DNA of 60,457 bases, the filler included, from Sphacelaria rigidula (taxonomy: Eukaryota): assembly GCA_964200075.2 (NCBI GenBank). It is 10 parts of 10 records of this genome, joined end to end, with 100 filler letters (N's around TTAATTAATTAA, not from the genome) between each part and the next. Parts side by side here need not be neighbours in the genome. Positions count along the whole stretch, not along the records: positions 24,225 to 30,180 come from CAXNAA020023232.1; positions 30,281 to 36,236 come from CAXNAA020023233.1; 8 more parts are not named here. One strand, written 5' to 3'. A program made the translations under genes and the position numbers. Below, piece by piece: positions 24,497 through 35,815 of the stretch (position 1 is its first letter; each line of letters opens with the position of its first letter). The notes below the pieces were generated by a model. The model saw only the letters and a list, made by a program, of their open reading frames with translations, had not been told where the DNA came from and searched no databases.

Positions 24497-25720
24497 TTTT
24501 TGTCATGTGGTTGATACACGTTATCACGCGACGGGAGACAAAATGGATCTGCCGAGATTCAATCTCAACTCAACACACTGCACCATCAACGAGAAACACG
24601 AAACGTGTTCTGCCCGGATTTTTTACTGTGCTCAGTGTTGTCTTGTGCAAACCTTGACCGTGCGTGTCTACTGCACGCAGGACCCGTCCCCTCACGCAGA
24701 TCCTCGCTCTATTTCATTGGTAATGAAGGGAAACACGGTGTGAGTGCCGCGTTGTGATGAAATAGACTTGGAACAAAAATTGGGGATGCGGGGAGAAGAG
24801 TTGGTGTCTCGAGTGCAAGACTCACAGTACTAAACCTAATACAACAGTTTGCCTTTGGATCGGAAATTTTCACGGATGTTCATCGTCAGCGTCTTTTGTC
24901 CTCGTTTTTCATCGCCGCCGATACCCATCGGTATAGTCAGCTCACGTCGAAATGACGAAGCGAGCGGTTTAGCGAGGGCACGGGTAGCAGCTAACGTGCA
25001 ACGGATCCGCACATTGGACCCCTAGCATCAGCAATTTTGCGCTTTTCCCGCGGGGGCGGGCGGGCAGCATCTCAGAGCGTATCTGCTCAATTAAATTCGT
25101 CACATGTTGAAGAACCTCAGGTACGCAGTAGTGTGAGTGGTGGTGACGTGTTTCTGTCCCTGTCCTCACCGGCGTAAACGATATCTAATTATTTTTGTCA
25201 TGTGGTTAATAGACGATATCACCCGACTGGAAACGAAATGGATCTCCCGAGGTTTAAGCTAACCTCAACACATTGCAACGCCAACGAGAAACACAGAAGG
25301 TGTTCTGCCCGGATTATTTACTGTACTCAGTGTTGTCTTGTGCAAACCATAACCACCGTGCGTGTCCTCGACTCACAGGGCCCGCCCCCCTCACGTGGAC
25401 ACCTGCTGTATTTCATTGGTGATAAAAGGCATACACGGTGTGAGTGCCGCGTTGTGATCAAATAGACTTGGACTAACATTGGGGGCGCTGGGGAGGGAGC
25501 TCATGTCTCACGTACTCAAAGTAATAGAGTATGACCTCGGATCAAGAGTTTCTACGGACATTCATCGTCAGCTTGTTTTGCCCCACGTGTTCGTTGCCGC
25601 CGTAACCCGTCGATATTGTCGGTGTACATCAAAGCGATGAAGCGTTTGTTCGAACGGTCGCGAACGCAAGAGTACACCTACACAAAATGTAGCACGAATC
25701 CGCGCACTGAACCTCTAGTA
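24497..25720 (+). repeat. Diverged tandem duplication with ~695-bp period
   Basis: TTTTTGTCATGTGGTT...AAATGGATCT...ACACGGTGTGAGTGCCGCGTTGTGAT occurs at ~24497 and ~25192. Confidence 0.85.
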
Positions 25721-26821
25721 TCGGCGTTTGCCCGAACAGTCATCCCCCGACGCGGGTGCGGCGGAATCTGCACACTCATTTCAGCATAAATCGCGTGGAC
25801 GCCTCCTTACGATAATCGCTGCGCGCTCGTTCATCCTAAATATGTTATATATAACTATTTATGTATGTACATACTCTGGCTATTCCCTCGCTAACGGCCT
25901 AGATTAAATGTCGGTGTTATGCTCCCCCGTTTTCGCGCAGTTCTCGGGTATTGCTGGAGGAGAGGGATCGGAAAACGAACCTCCAAATCGCTTCTTTCAG
26001 GGAAGAGATAACCAGGTGTGTATTTCTCCACCAAAAAATAACAAAGAGAGAGGGGGGGGCAGGGGGCATCACGATGGGTTTTGCATTTTCATGGTTTTTG
26101 ATTGCGTAAATTACGATGTGTTCACCCATTGATGCTATTACTAGTGTCACTGTTCGTATTTTTATTACGAGTACTGTTATTTATTCATCGTTTATTTGGT
26201 TACTTTTTTCTTTTTTAGCAAAATTGTTATTTGTTGCATGTGGTCAGCTCGCTAGTCTCGTTGCTCCGAGCTCTTGACCGTGTAGAGCCAACTGTGCTGC
26301 TGCGACGACAGATTGCGACGGAAAAAAAAAAAAAACGCAATGGATCGGGAAAAGGTCGGGGTGTGTAACCTATAGGCTATACGTATGTATCACATGCTTT
26401 TTGTTTTTTTCTGCGAACACTTTCTGGATTCTGGACACATCTTGAGGATAGGCGTGTCGACGTCGAGGCCACCGTATAACGAGAAGGTTGATCGTATTCG
26501 ACGAGTAGCAGTCGAAGGAGTACGATTCGTACATACCCGTCTCCGTCGTACTTTGCACACAGGATGATATTTTCAGTAATTTTCAATTAAACATGATGCC
26601 GATTCACGAAAACACAAATCGTCAATGGGTGGTTCCAAAAGGGTTCAACGGCAGGAACTGGCGTCGCGTCGCGCCCCTGTGGTCTGGTATAATACGAGCT
26701 GGGCCAGCTGACAGTGATCTGCGAATGTATCCGGGCCGGGCGGTGGGTAATCCAAAGCTTTAGGAGCTGAAAAATTGGCGCAACAATTTTATCATCACTG
26801 CGCACAACCTTCCCAGGGATG

Positions 26822-28573
26822 CACACCCTGGACAATAGATGACAATATTGTCGTCCGTAATGGCTATCGATCGATAAGTTTATCTTTCTGTTGATCCCTT
26901 TCCCACACTGTTGCCTGGGTAGCTTTCTATTGTAGCCCTACACCTAAAACCATTGCCGCTGACCAAATATATCGATCGATAGCTTTCCGAACATATTTAT
27001 GACGGCAATGGTCATCGATAGACAGCGTACCAAATATACTGATAACGGCGATGGCTATTGATAGATCGGGTACCAAATCTATTGATGACGGTGATGGCTA
27101 GTGATGGAGTGCGTACAAGATCTATCGAGGGCGGCAATGAATATCGATAGATACATACCAGAATTTATTCTGGTATACAATGCCTATCGATAGATATTCT
27201 CTGTCGTCTACTGCCACTCCTACATTTCCACATACTAGTACCATGGCCCATATTATACTCTGTTGAAGCAGGTGAAGGTGCTGTGGGTATGTGATAACAC
27301 TACTCGTGAAAATATGACGTCACGATCCTGCAAATTTTGAACGTTTGTGTGACCTAGGAATCCGCAATATATATGGACAAAATGTTACGAGTTTTGTTGT
27401 TGGTATGATGTTGGTCCTCAAGGTTTGTTCCTCTGATGGGCATGGGCGCTTGTATAACTTTTTTGCGTGGGTGAAATGTGCTTATACCTTGGACAATAGA
27501 CTATGTAAAATAACCTTGCGCATGGAATAGCCTCGAAAACTTGACTGTCAATGTTTATTGTCAGTCATAATCGACTGACGTCACTATCTATCGATAGCTA
27601 TCGTAGGCGACAATAGATTCGGGACAAGGGACAGAATGTACCACTGCCGTGACAATGGAGTGGCCACGTTTTCTATCGATACATCTTATTTGTAGCAATA
27701 GGCCCTGAATTGCGACCACCAATGTCTATTGCTAATTGAAGTAGGACCTACAACGCGGCCACCAATACATTTTGCTTGTCACAACAGGATCTAAATGGCG
27801 CCCACCAATGTCTATTGCTAGTGACAAAATAATCTGAATCGCGGCCACCAGTGTCTTTTGCTGGCCACTATGAGAGCTGAATGGCGTCGATCACTAGCTA
27901 TGTACTTCGTATGCCCATTGTCGGTAGATGTTTCTACCTTATTCCACAAAAGCTATGGCCAACTACCGCCTCAGGTAGTTGCGTGTTCGTGTGTGAGTGG
28001 CATTGACGTTGATGCCATAATACCATTGCAGTGAGCCATATATTTATCAAAACCCATCGTTGACGTCACTGGCTATCGATAGATGCTTCCTAGAACACCA
28101 ATTGCCGACGGCAATGATTATTGGGAGATACCCCCAAATACTTTGTTGGCTGCAGAGGCTATTGATGGACGTCTCACCAAATCTATTGATGACGGTAATA
28201 GGTATTGATAGATGGGTCAACTAATCTATTGATGACGGCAATGACTATCGATGGATGGCTTACCAAATATATTGATAACGGCAACGACCATCGATCGGTG
28301 GCTCACCGAACCTATTGATAACGGCAATGGCTATCGATATATACATCCCAGAGTCTATTGCGGTACACGATTTCCATCGGTGGCGAGTGATCTTTATCTA
28401 TTGTAATTGTCATGGGCTATCGATCAACTATTCCGACATATATTGTCCCTTGCAATACATATCAATAGATATGTTTCACCATCTATCGTGTTCGAAAAAA
28501 TATATCGATAGGTTTTCCCCCGCCTCTATTACTGAAGCAATGTACTGTTACTGTGGTCATTGTCCAGAATGTA
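26822..28573. mobile_element. Non-autonomous DNA transposon (~1.75 kb) with CACACCCTGGACAAT-type TIR, TATCGAT/CTATTG arrays and 8-bp TSD
   Basis: Left CACACCCTGGACAAT; right end reverse complement TACATTCTGGACAAT (12/15). Flanks CAGGGATG (26814-26821) and CAGGGGTG (28574-28581). Confidence 0.7.
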
Positions 28574-28771
28574 CAGGGGTGCCAAGAAGGGAAAAAAAAC
28601 AGAAAGTTGGAGCGTTTTCAAGTTTCCGCAAAAACAAAAAAATGTTATAACTCCGCGAAAATGAAGAAATACGGAGCATCCTTCGCGTAGTCGTGCGTCC
28701 TTTTGTAGAGGAGATCCTGGTACAATTTCGGCCAAAAATTCCAGAAATTTGGCGTTTTGTGTGGCACGACT

Positions 28772-28842
28772 GCGCTCCTTTAATCCACGTGGTGCAGTTG
28801 ACTCCAGTTATGGAGGTCACGAGTTCGAATCCCGACGAATCC
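28772..28842 (+). pseudogene. tRNA-like relic (Trp-CCA-like), probably a SINE head
   Basis: TGACTCCAG anticodon-loop-like motif, B-box GAGTTCGAATCCC and a T-run after it; stems pair poorly. Confidence 0.35.
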
Positions 28843-29034
28843 TTTTTTTTGTTCCATCGGTTAGGTGATACATTCATTGTGCAGTACATTTTTTTTCTCT
28901 TTCTTTTTAATTCAGCGGCGGTCCTGTGCATTTCCACGTTGATCTGCAGGTCACACCGATATCCTCAAGTCGAGCTGATTTTTTAAACCTGGAGTTTATT
29001 GGTGTGATACGGAAAAATGCGGGATTTACTACTG

Positions 29035-29335
29035 GCCCAGCTCGTAGTCCAAATTGATACCATTAGGGTGAAAACAGCACGGGTTCGACTGCCGCCTGAT
29101 GCGCTTGGCTTTTTACTTTGAAGTACGAGTAACTGATTTCCCCCGTTGAAAGCGTGAGAGCGTACGTGAGCAGCAAAAATTGTTTTGTTCGAGCGCATTT
29201 GTCTGTTCGACGACAGCCGACGCGGTGCAGAAGTACTGATGGTCATGATCCAAACCGCGAGACCGAAATGTAAGGTGTGTATCGGGAAGGAGAGGTGAAT
29301 TGATCCCTGGAGACCACGGACACGTGGGGAGGAAG
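29035..29335 (+). mobile_element. Family D SINE-like element
   Basis: ACCATTAGGGTG, GGGTTCGAC, CGAGTAACTG, GAAAGCGTGAG and GACGCGGTGC are colinear with 8144-8435. Confidence 0.65.
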
Positions 29336-29736
29336 GGAAGGGGTTGGAACCGTGACGAACTTCAGCGGATCATGCAACTGTTCGTTTTTGCCCGACCCCA
29401 ACACACGGATGTTCCTCGTTGCGTCCGCCCAATTTCGTACGCGAACCCTGTACTGAAAACATGTTGCTGCTGTACGGTACGTGAATACTCCGGACGGCTT
29501 TTGCCCCTGCTGGCCCTTCCTCGTCATGGCGGTTTGTTATCTTGTGTCAGGCTCCAAACGACCATCTTGGATCAGGCCGATCAAGTCGTCAACCACTCCA
29601 TCTCTCAGTCCACCCCACCGGCGAGGCCCATGCTGACTGCTGACTGCGAGGACGCCGGCAGGGAGAATGCCTTGGTCCCCGCAAAAGGTCCGTTTATACC
29701 ATATATATATATATATGTTTTGTCGCGTTTCCGGAT

Positions 29737-30180
29737 GGGGGGAAGGGGGCGTGTACTCATGATCTTGCATGCCATAGTCATATGGTCATTGACCTTGCAT
29801 CCCTACAAAGCCGGGACGGAGAACGCCGGGTTTTTGCCGGATCAGGCTCGCAATCAATCACCAAGCGCTAAGCTCCGTGGTGTGTTTGGCGAGTCGCATG
29901 AAGGGTGAGCTGCATCCTTCTTAGATTGTTCGGTCTGAAGCTTACTGATTATGTTGCATATGGATGGCAGTCTACAATGAGCTGCTTTATTTTCTGGTAT
30001 CGCCACGTCCAGAGACCGACCGCTAGGGGGAAGGGCTACGAATTGTATTGCATGCCATGGTGACAAGACCAGTGATCCGGCATCCCTACAAAGTTTTTAT
30101 GGAGGGGAGGGGGTGTACTCATGATCATGCGTGCCATAGTCATCAGACCATTGGCCTCGCATCCCTACAAAGCCGGGACG
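29737..30180 (-). mobile_element. Cluster of family A: one full copy (29737-30006) and two 3'-end fragments (~30024-30092, ~30100-30180)
   Basis: Repeated poly(G)...GCCATRGT...GCATCCCTACAAAG units in the same orientation. Confidence 0.8.
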
Positions 30181-30280
30181 NNNNNNNNNNNNNNNNNNNN
30201 NNNNNNNNNNNNNNNNNNNNNNNNTTAATTAATTAANNNNNNNNNNNNNNNNNNNNNNNNNNNNNNNNNNNNNNNNNNNN

Positions 30281-30485
<205 letters not shown>

Positions 30486-30519
30486 ACCGGAACCGCCCAC
30501 CCCCGCTCCTCCATGTTAG

Positions 30520-30816
30520 TAGCGTCGGAGGTGACGACAGCTGCAATGGTGAAGAGACCGATATAGTAACTGTCAGACCGCGATACGTGGCGCCTGCTCC
30601 TCCTCCTGTTGCTCCTGCTGGTAGCGACAGCGGCAGCGGAGAGGGACTTCGGGTGCTGCCCTCGGAGACGGGTGATGCTGCTCTCCCGCTCGATGTCGGG
30701 GGGCTTCATCGCGAGCTCCTTACCACAGGTGGATTCTTCATCAAGTACGGTCGCTTCGGGAAGCCGCACGTGCGGTTTGTCAGGATGTCTTCAGACCTCA
30801 AGACCATCATATGGAG
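30520..30816 (+). CDS. Exon of a PH-domain protein (N-terminal half of PH); 5' boundary uncertain
   Basis: LLTTGGFFIKYGRFGKPHVRFVRMSSDLKTIIWR resembles PLC-like/Mcp5-type PH strands 1-3. GT donor at 30817 (phase 2); candidate acceptors end at 30519, 30522 or 30540. Confidence 0.75.
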
Positions 30817-31869
30817 GTGAAGGTCACGTTTTCCGCGTAAAGCATATGCCCATAACAGCATCATCCAGCTAACGTCTGATAGCATGTCAAGATGGACAGC
30901 TACTACCAACGTACACTATTGTTCACTCAATTTGGCAGCTTTATCAACTCACGCTGTGTTGCTAGTGATTCCCTTTGAACACATGCATTGGTTTCCCGAA
31001 TATTTTCTGGACGCTGTCTCTCCCGCTCTCTCCTCGTCAGTTTCTCCAGCTTTTTGTAGCACTAAGGATGGTGTATGCATTCTCCGTGAATCCAAGCATT
31101 CATTGTGGGTGTGTTGAAGCCTCGCTACTGCAACCACTGCCTCGAGACTAACATGCGGCTGTTTGCTGGATGTTGCTAGCGGATTCATCTGTCTGAAAAT
31201 TGTCTTCAGCGGACATGGCAACGTCAACGGACTCGCTCGGACGGTACATACAGTATGCGATTACCCAATACGCAGCGAGTAGAAGCCTGAAGCATCGAAA
31301 TAAGCTCTGTTGAGATCAAAGCACGCTCGTTTCTTGGACAATTTCTCTTTCGACATACCTCCACGTGTGAAACAACTTTGAATATAAAATACTCCCGAAT
31401 GGACCCACACTGGCTCCTGGCCTCTACTCTCACACACGTTGCATCCATGGAACTATCCCGACTTTCAGCTCGTCACACGGGTCGACTCAGTAGTCTACCC
31501 GTCTTCCATACCTATCCCATTGGTTATGTATTTTTCTCATAATAATCTTCTCGACAAGATGTCACCCAATGAACGAACACTTCAACAACATCGAAAACAG
31601 CAAAAAAGCAAGAGCAGGCAAGCAAGAACGCTTACAAAATAATCAAATAAAAACAACAGGCGCTACGGCGGACAACACAAAGGCACGGAGAAATCAGTTG
31701 AAGCTGTTCTCTTCGACACCGTTCACCTGGGGTCATCATCGTCCTGCTCCTCCGACAACCCTTGCTCAAACCCGGCCACACCCGCCGCTGCTGCGTCAAG
31801 TGCAGCATCACTGTCTTCAAGAACTCCAAGCACCACAACACCGATAATGGTACGACAACATTCCCTCAG

Positions 31870-32182
31870 GAGGGGCAGCGGCGGGACTAGCAAAATGGAG
31901 AAGCAGGCTACCGGTTTCACACATACGACACCGGTGGCCATCGTTCGACCGCGTGCCGTATCATCGCTAACAGTCACCGCCAGCCCCGGCGGGATCGCCC
32001 CTGCGATGTCTACCGGATTCTCGCGGCACAACTTTTCTCGCACACTTGCGAGGGTCCGCGGTGATACCGAAAAACAGATCGTGTTGTCGGGCGGTGGGGG
32101 ACGACACTTGCTGGTGCTCGAGGTGAACGCGGGGAAGTTGACGCCGGGGATGGAGCTGAAGCAACGGGACGAGTGGTTCAAG
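31870..32182 (+). CDS. Next exon of the PH-domain protein
   Basis: TTCCCTCAG acceptor, phase-compatible with 30816. Encodes ...KQIVLSGGGGRHLLVLEV...QRDEWFK (start of the PH C-terminal helix); GT donor at 32183. Confidence 0.7.
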
Positions 32183-32216
32183 GTATTATGTACATGCCTG
32201 TTACTATTTGGCAACG

Positions 32217-32279
<63 letters not shown>

Positions 32280-32318
32280 CGTTGTTGTGGTTGTTGAGGC
32301 GGTTGTTGTTGTGGTGCG

Positions 32319-32381
<63 letters not shown>

Positions 32382-32460
32382 CGTCGTCGTCGTCGTCGTC
32401 GTCGTTGTTGTCGTCGTTGTTGTCCTCGTCGTTGTTGTCGACGTCATTGTTGTTTGTTGT
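32217..32460. repeat. Intronic (GTT)n/(GTC)n microsatellite
   Basis: Read directly; lies between the predicted donor at 32183 and acceptor at 32963. Confidence 0.9.
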
Positions 32461-32963
32461 TAGTTTCGTTTCGGGACGGGCAGTCGGCAGTGTAAGGACT
32501 AGGATAATATGAAGTAGGCATGCCAATGTGGACTTTTGGTTTTCTGTCAGGCTTGACGAGGATCATTTGGCCACATTGCAACCAGCTCCAGGTCTCTCTC
32601 ACCGATATGATGACTGTGACTAGAGGCGCGCAAAAACGATATATCACTCCACCTGATACTTCTCTGTTACTCTGCAGCGCGAATATCACATGTCTAGTTC
32701 GTTGTTGCTTTGAAGCGGCAAATATGTTTCCGTGACACCTTCGTCACGAACCACAGATCTACACTGTCGCGCACGATAGCGATGAGTTGGGTTCTGCTGA
32801 AACAAAGCAAAGAAATCCGATCGACGCGCTTCAACGGAATGCTGAATATTTTTCAGAGCCCACGATCTACCCAATGTTAACCCACTATCGATCCATTGTT
32901 AACAACAACACCAAAACAAACGTATCCTCCCTCCCCCCTTCAAAACATGGTCGTTTGCCGAAG

Positions 32964-34559
32964 GCCTTCAAATTCGCCGTTGACCAAGCCAACAAGGAGG
33001 TCATATCGAGGATGGCCTCAGCAGCGCAAAACTTGATAAGCACATCACGATCGACTCTGAGAGCAGTGCCGCTTGTCCCAAGGGGCTCAATAAGCGTCCC
33101 GCCATCAGAGTCCTTCCTGAGCTCGTCAGCACGGCAGCCTGCGACAGCTGACTTTAGATCATCGCCAGCGCTCCAAGAGACTTCTCGCTATCCTTCTTCC
33201 AGTGAAGGCGATCAAAGCGAAAGTGAGGAACGCGACGAGGGCAAGCGAACAGCACCCGCAGCGTTTGCACCCCCCCCTCCTATCGACACTACAGCTGCTG
33301 CATACGAAAGTGCTCCCTTCGGGCCAGCGAGCCCTCCGGCGCGGAATGGTGGCGGTCAGCCCGATAGAAAATCTCGCGCTCGTAGTCAGACGCCAGCCGA
33401 AGCAGCCTCGCAGACGGTCGCTCGACTTTCGGCGACCGCCAGAGCCTTGAGCAGTCGAGCGATTGGACTCTTGACCCCGTCGTCGTCGGGACCACAGGGC
33501 CGAGAACGGACAACATTAGCCACGTTGCTTCCTGACACTTGTCTCGATGATGAGCGAAGGCGAAGCCACGACGTTCCATCAAACTCCCGCCCGAGCTCTG
33601 CTGGCAACACGTTCGACCATGTTCCGTCGCCGACGGCGGCGGGGGTCGAAATCGGGAGCCCGTTGGCGCGTGGTGGCACCTCGAAGATCTTATCACGAAA
33701 GCCGTGCGCCGCAACGAACCACTCAGATAATCGGCCTGCTTACGACCATGGTAGACAGCTGAACACCTTGACTTATTGCGATGGGGCCGAGAAGGGAAAC
33801 TCTATGGAAAATGATGTCACGATCGCTTTTACTGGGGCTGCCACCGCCTCAAGACGTACTAGTAACAGCCGAATCAAACGATCGGACGGTGGCGCCCAGC
33901 CGGCACCTCGCGGCGCCCAGACGCCGTCACCATGGGCTACACCACCTGGATCGCCGGAAGCGCCAGCAGGGATCGATGATGATGTGTCGTCATCTCCAGC
34001 TCGAGGTCTGGTAAGGGCTAATGTCCGACAACGGTCGGCGTCTGCCTTCAACAATAACAACTCCGCCGCTACGGCCAGCGTGGGGAGTGGGGGTACAGCA
34101 GCAGCGCGTAGGGCTAGCATCTCCGCCCGGCTTCAAATAATGAAGTCGATGACAGGGTCCCCAGGCGCAAAGGGCGAGGGTTCGCAAAAACCTTTGCCAC
34201 CCCCAGAAATTCAAGAGCAACAGCGACGGATCTCGCTTCATCAACAGCAGCAGCGGCGGCAGAGTTCTTCCTCCGCTGGCCGCAGATCATCAGTCCAGCA
34301 GCTGGCTGCATGGGTGGCTAGCGGGGTGGGCGTCAACGATGCTTCGTCGGCTGTTGGTGGTTCGTTGGGGTCCCCGGGAGCCAGGGATGTTGGAAGGGAT
34401 TGGTCTCCTTCCGCAATCGCTCATACCGGTGGTGTCGGCGGGGCTAACCGCAGCCGTGGGGGCGGCGTCGGCGCCCTGTCTCCACTACGCCCCGTCGAAT
34501 ATACGGCGATGCAAGAGATTGGGTCTCCTCGAGCCCGTGGTGCTGTGACGATGGGCTAA
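32964..34559 (+). CDS. Terminal exon of the PH-domain protein; long S/P/A/R-rich disordered tail
   Basis: Phase-0 AG acceptor gives RDEWFK|AFKFAVDQ, completing the helix. Open, GC-rich frame of ~530 codons to TAA. Confidence 0.75.
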   Translation, partial: AFKFAVDQANKEVISRMASAAQNLISTSRSTLRAVPLVPRGSISVPPSESFLSSSARQPATADFRSSPALQETSRYPSSSEGDQSESEERDEGKRTAPAAFAPPPPIDTTAAAYESAPFGPASPPARNGGGQPDRKSRARSQTPAEAASQTVARLSATARALSSRAIGLLTPSSSGPQGRERTTLATLLPDTCLDDERRRSHDVPSNSRPSSAGNTFDHVPSPTAAGVEIGSPLARGGTSKILSRKPCAATNHSDNRPAYDHGRQLNTLTYCDGAEKGNSMENDVTIAFTGAATASRRTSNSRIKRSDGGAQPAPRGAQTPSPWATPPGSPEAPAGIDDDVSSSPARGLVRANVRQRSASAFNNNNSAATASVGSGGTAAARRASISARLQIMKSMTGSPGAKGEGSQKPLPPPEIQEQQRRISLHQQQQRRQSSSSAGRRSSVQQLAAWVASGVGVNDASSAVGGSLGSPGARDVGRDWSPSAIAHTGGVGGANRSRGGGVGALSPLRPVEYTAMQEIGSPRARGAVTMG

Positions 34560-35542
34560 AATAGGAAACGTGTGACTGCCGTGTACGTTAGTATGCGTAC
34601 ATTGGCAAAGCCTTGTGGTCGTTGGGCTTATGACTTCGCACGGTGGGTCGACGAGCCCGCTGGTTGATTCCGTCATATGTTCTTTCGAAGAAGCACTTGC
34701 GGGTGTTTATAGAGACCTGTGAGTACGCCGACCCATAGCAAATATTTTACGGTAAAAAGTTTGCAAATGCAAAACTTTTCGTATGATGTACGAGTAAAAT
34801 GCGCGTCGAAAGAAATCCGGCAAACGGTACTGTAAGATTATCAAACGTTGCGCCTTGCACGATGCCGCCATGTCAACACGTCCTGTGGAAAAGCTGCATC
34901 ATCGATATCTGGGAGTTCCAATTCGAGGCTGTCTTTTTCGGAGCTGATCTGTCCAAAGGCGGGAGAATTAGCGGAAGACGACTCGAGCTGCACACACCAT
35001 ACCAGTAGCCATTTGAGCTCCGAAGTGGATTAGTCAACTGTAAGCTTAATCAACCATGGTTGGGTTGGGGTTTTGTGCTAACACATACCGCGTTTGTTCG
35101 GAGCGAGCTCCGTCGTACTTCACATCGACAGCGTTTTGCGGTCTTGCATTATCGCGCAACCTCCACATGGGATATCATATCCATCTGGGACATCCATCTG
35201 GAATATCAATGTCCATCTGGGATGTCCATCTGGATCACCGGATTCATCTTGAATGCCCATCATCTGGGGTATGCCAATCCATTTGGAATATGGACATCCT
35301 GGACCCTGTGGCCTAATGAAGCAACTAACAATATCTATTTTGGGTGGAAAGAGCGCGAGCTTGATCCTCACCAGATCCCTTCCGGTATCTTCTGCAACTG
35401 GATTCCCTTTGTTTAACCGTTGTTTAAAACATGAGGACGTGGGTAGCAACAAGGGTTCGTGTGAATGAGTGTATTTGACGAGAGTCGACACGGTGTGGGA
35501 GTGCTGATCCAATCCACGAGACCAATATATCAGCCGTGTAGC

Positions 35543-35815
35543 ACGCGCGGGGGGGGGAGGGTGCTCATGATCTTGCATGCCATAGTCATATGACCATTGA
35601 TCCCGCATCCCTGCAAAGCCGGGACGGAGCACGCCGGGTTTTCGCCGGACCAGGCTCGCAATCAATCTTACCAAGCGCGAAGCGTCGTGGTATGCTCGGC
35701 GAGTCGCATGAAGGGCAAACTGCATCCTGCTGAGATTGTTCCGCTCGAAGCTCACTGATTGTCTTGCATTTGGATCACAGTCTACAATGAGTTGCTTCAT
35801 TTTCTGGTACCGCCA
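35543..35815 (-). mobile_element. Family A copy with perfect 12-bp TSD, nested in a family D element
   Basis: CAGCCGTGTAGC at 35531-35542 and 35816-35827; the flanks rejoin to give family D sequence. Confidence 0.88.

Noticed and set aside
26980..28350. Repeat-spacer-like arrays as CRISPR
   Set aside because: Units are degenerate over their whole length, with no invariant repeat, unique spacers or cas genes; eukaryotic transposon interior.
31723..32526. Poly-N, poly-L, poly-V and poly-T ORFs
   Set aside because: Read-through of an intronic trinucleotide repeat; only 31870-32182 looks coding.
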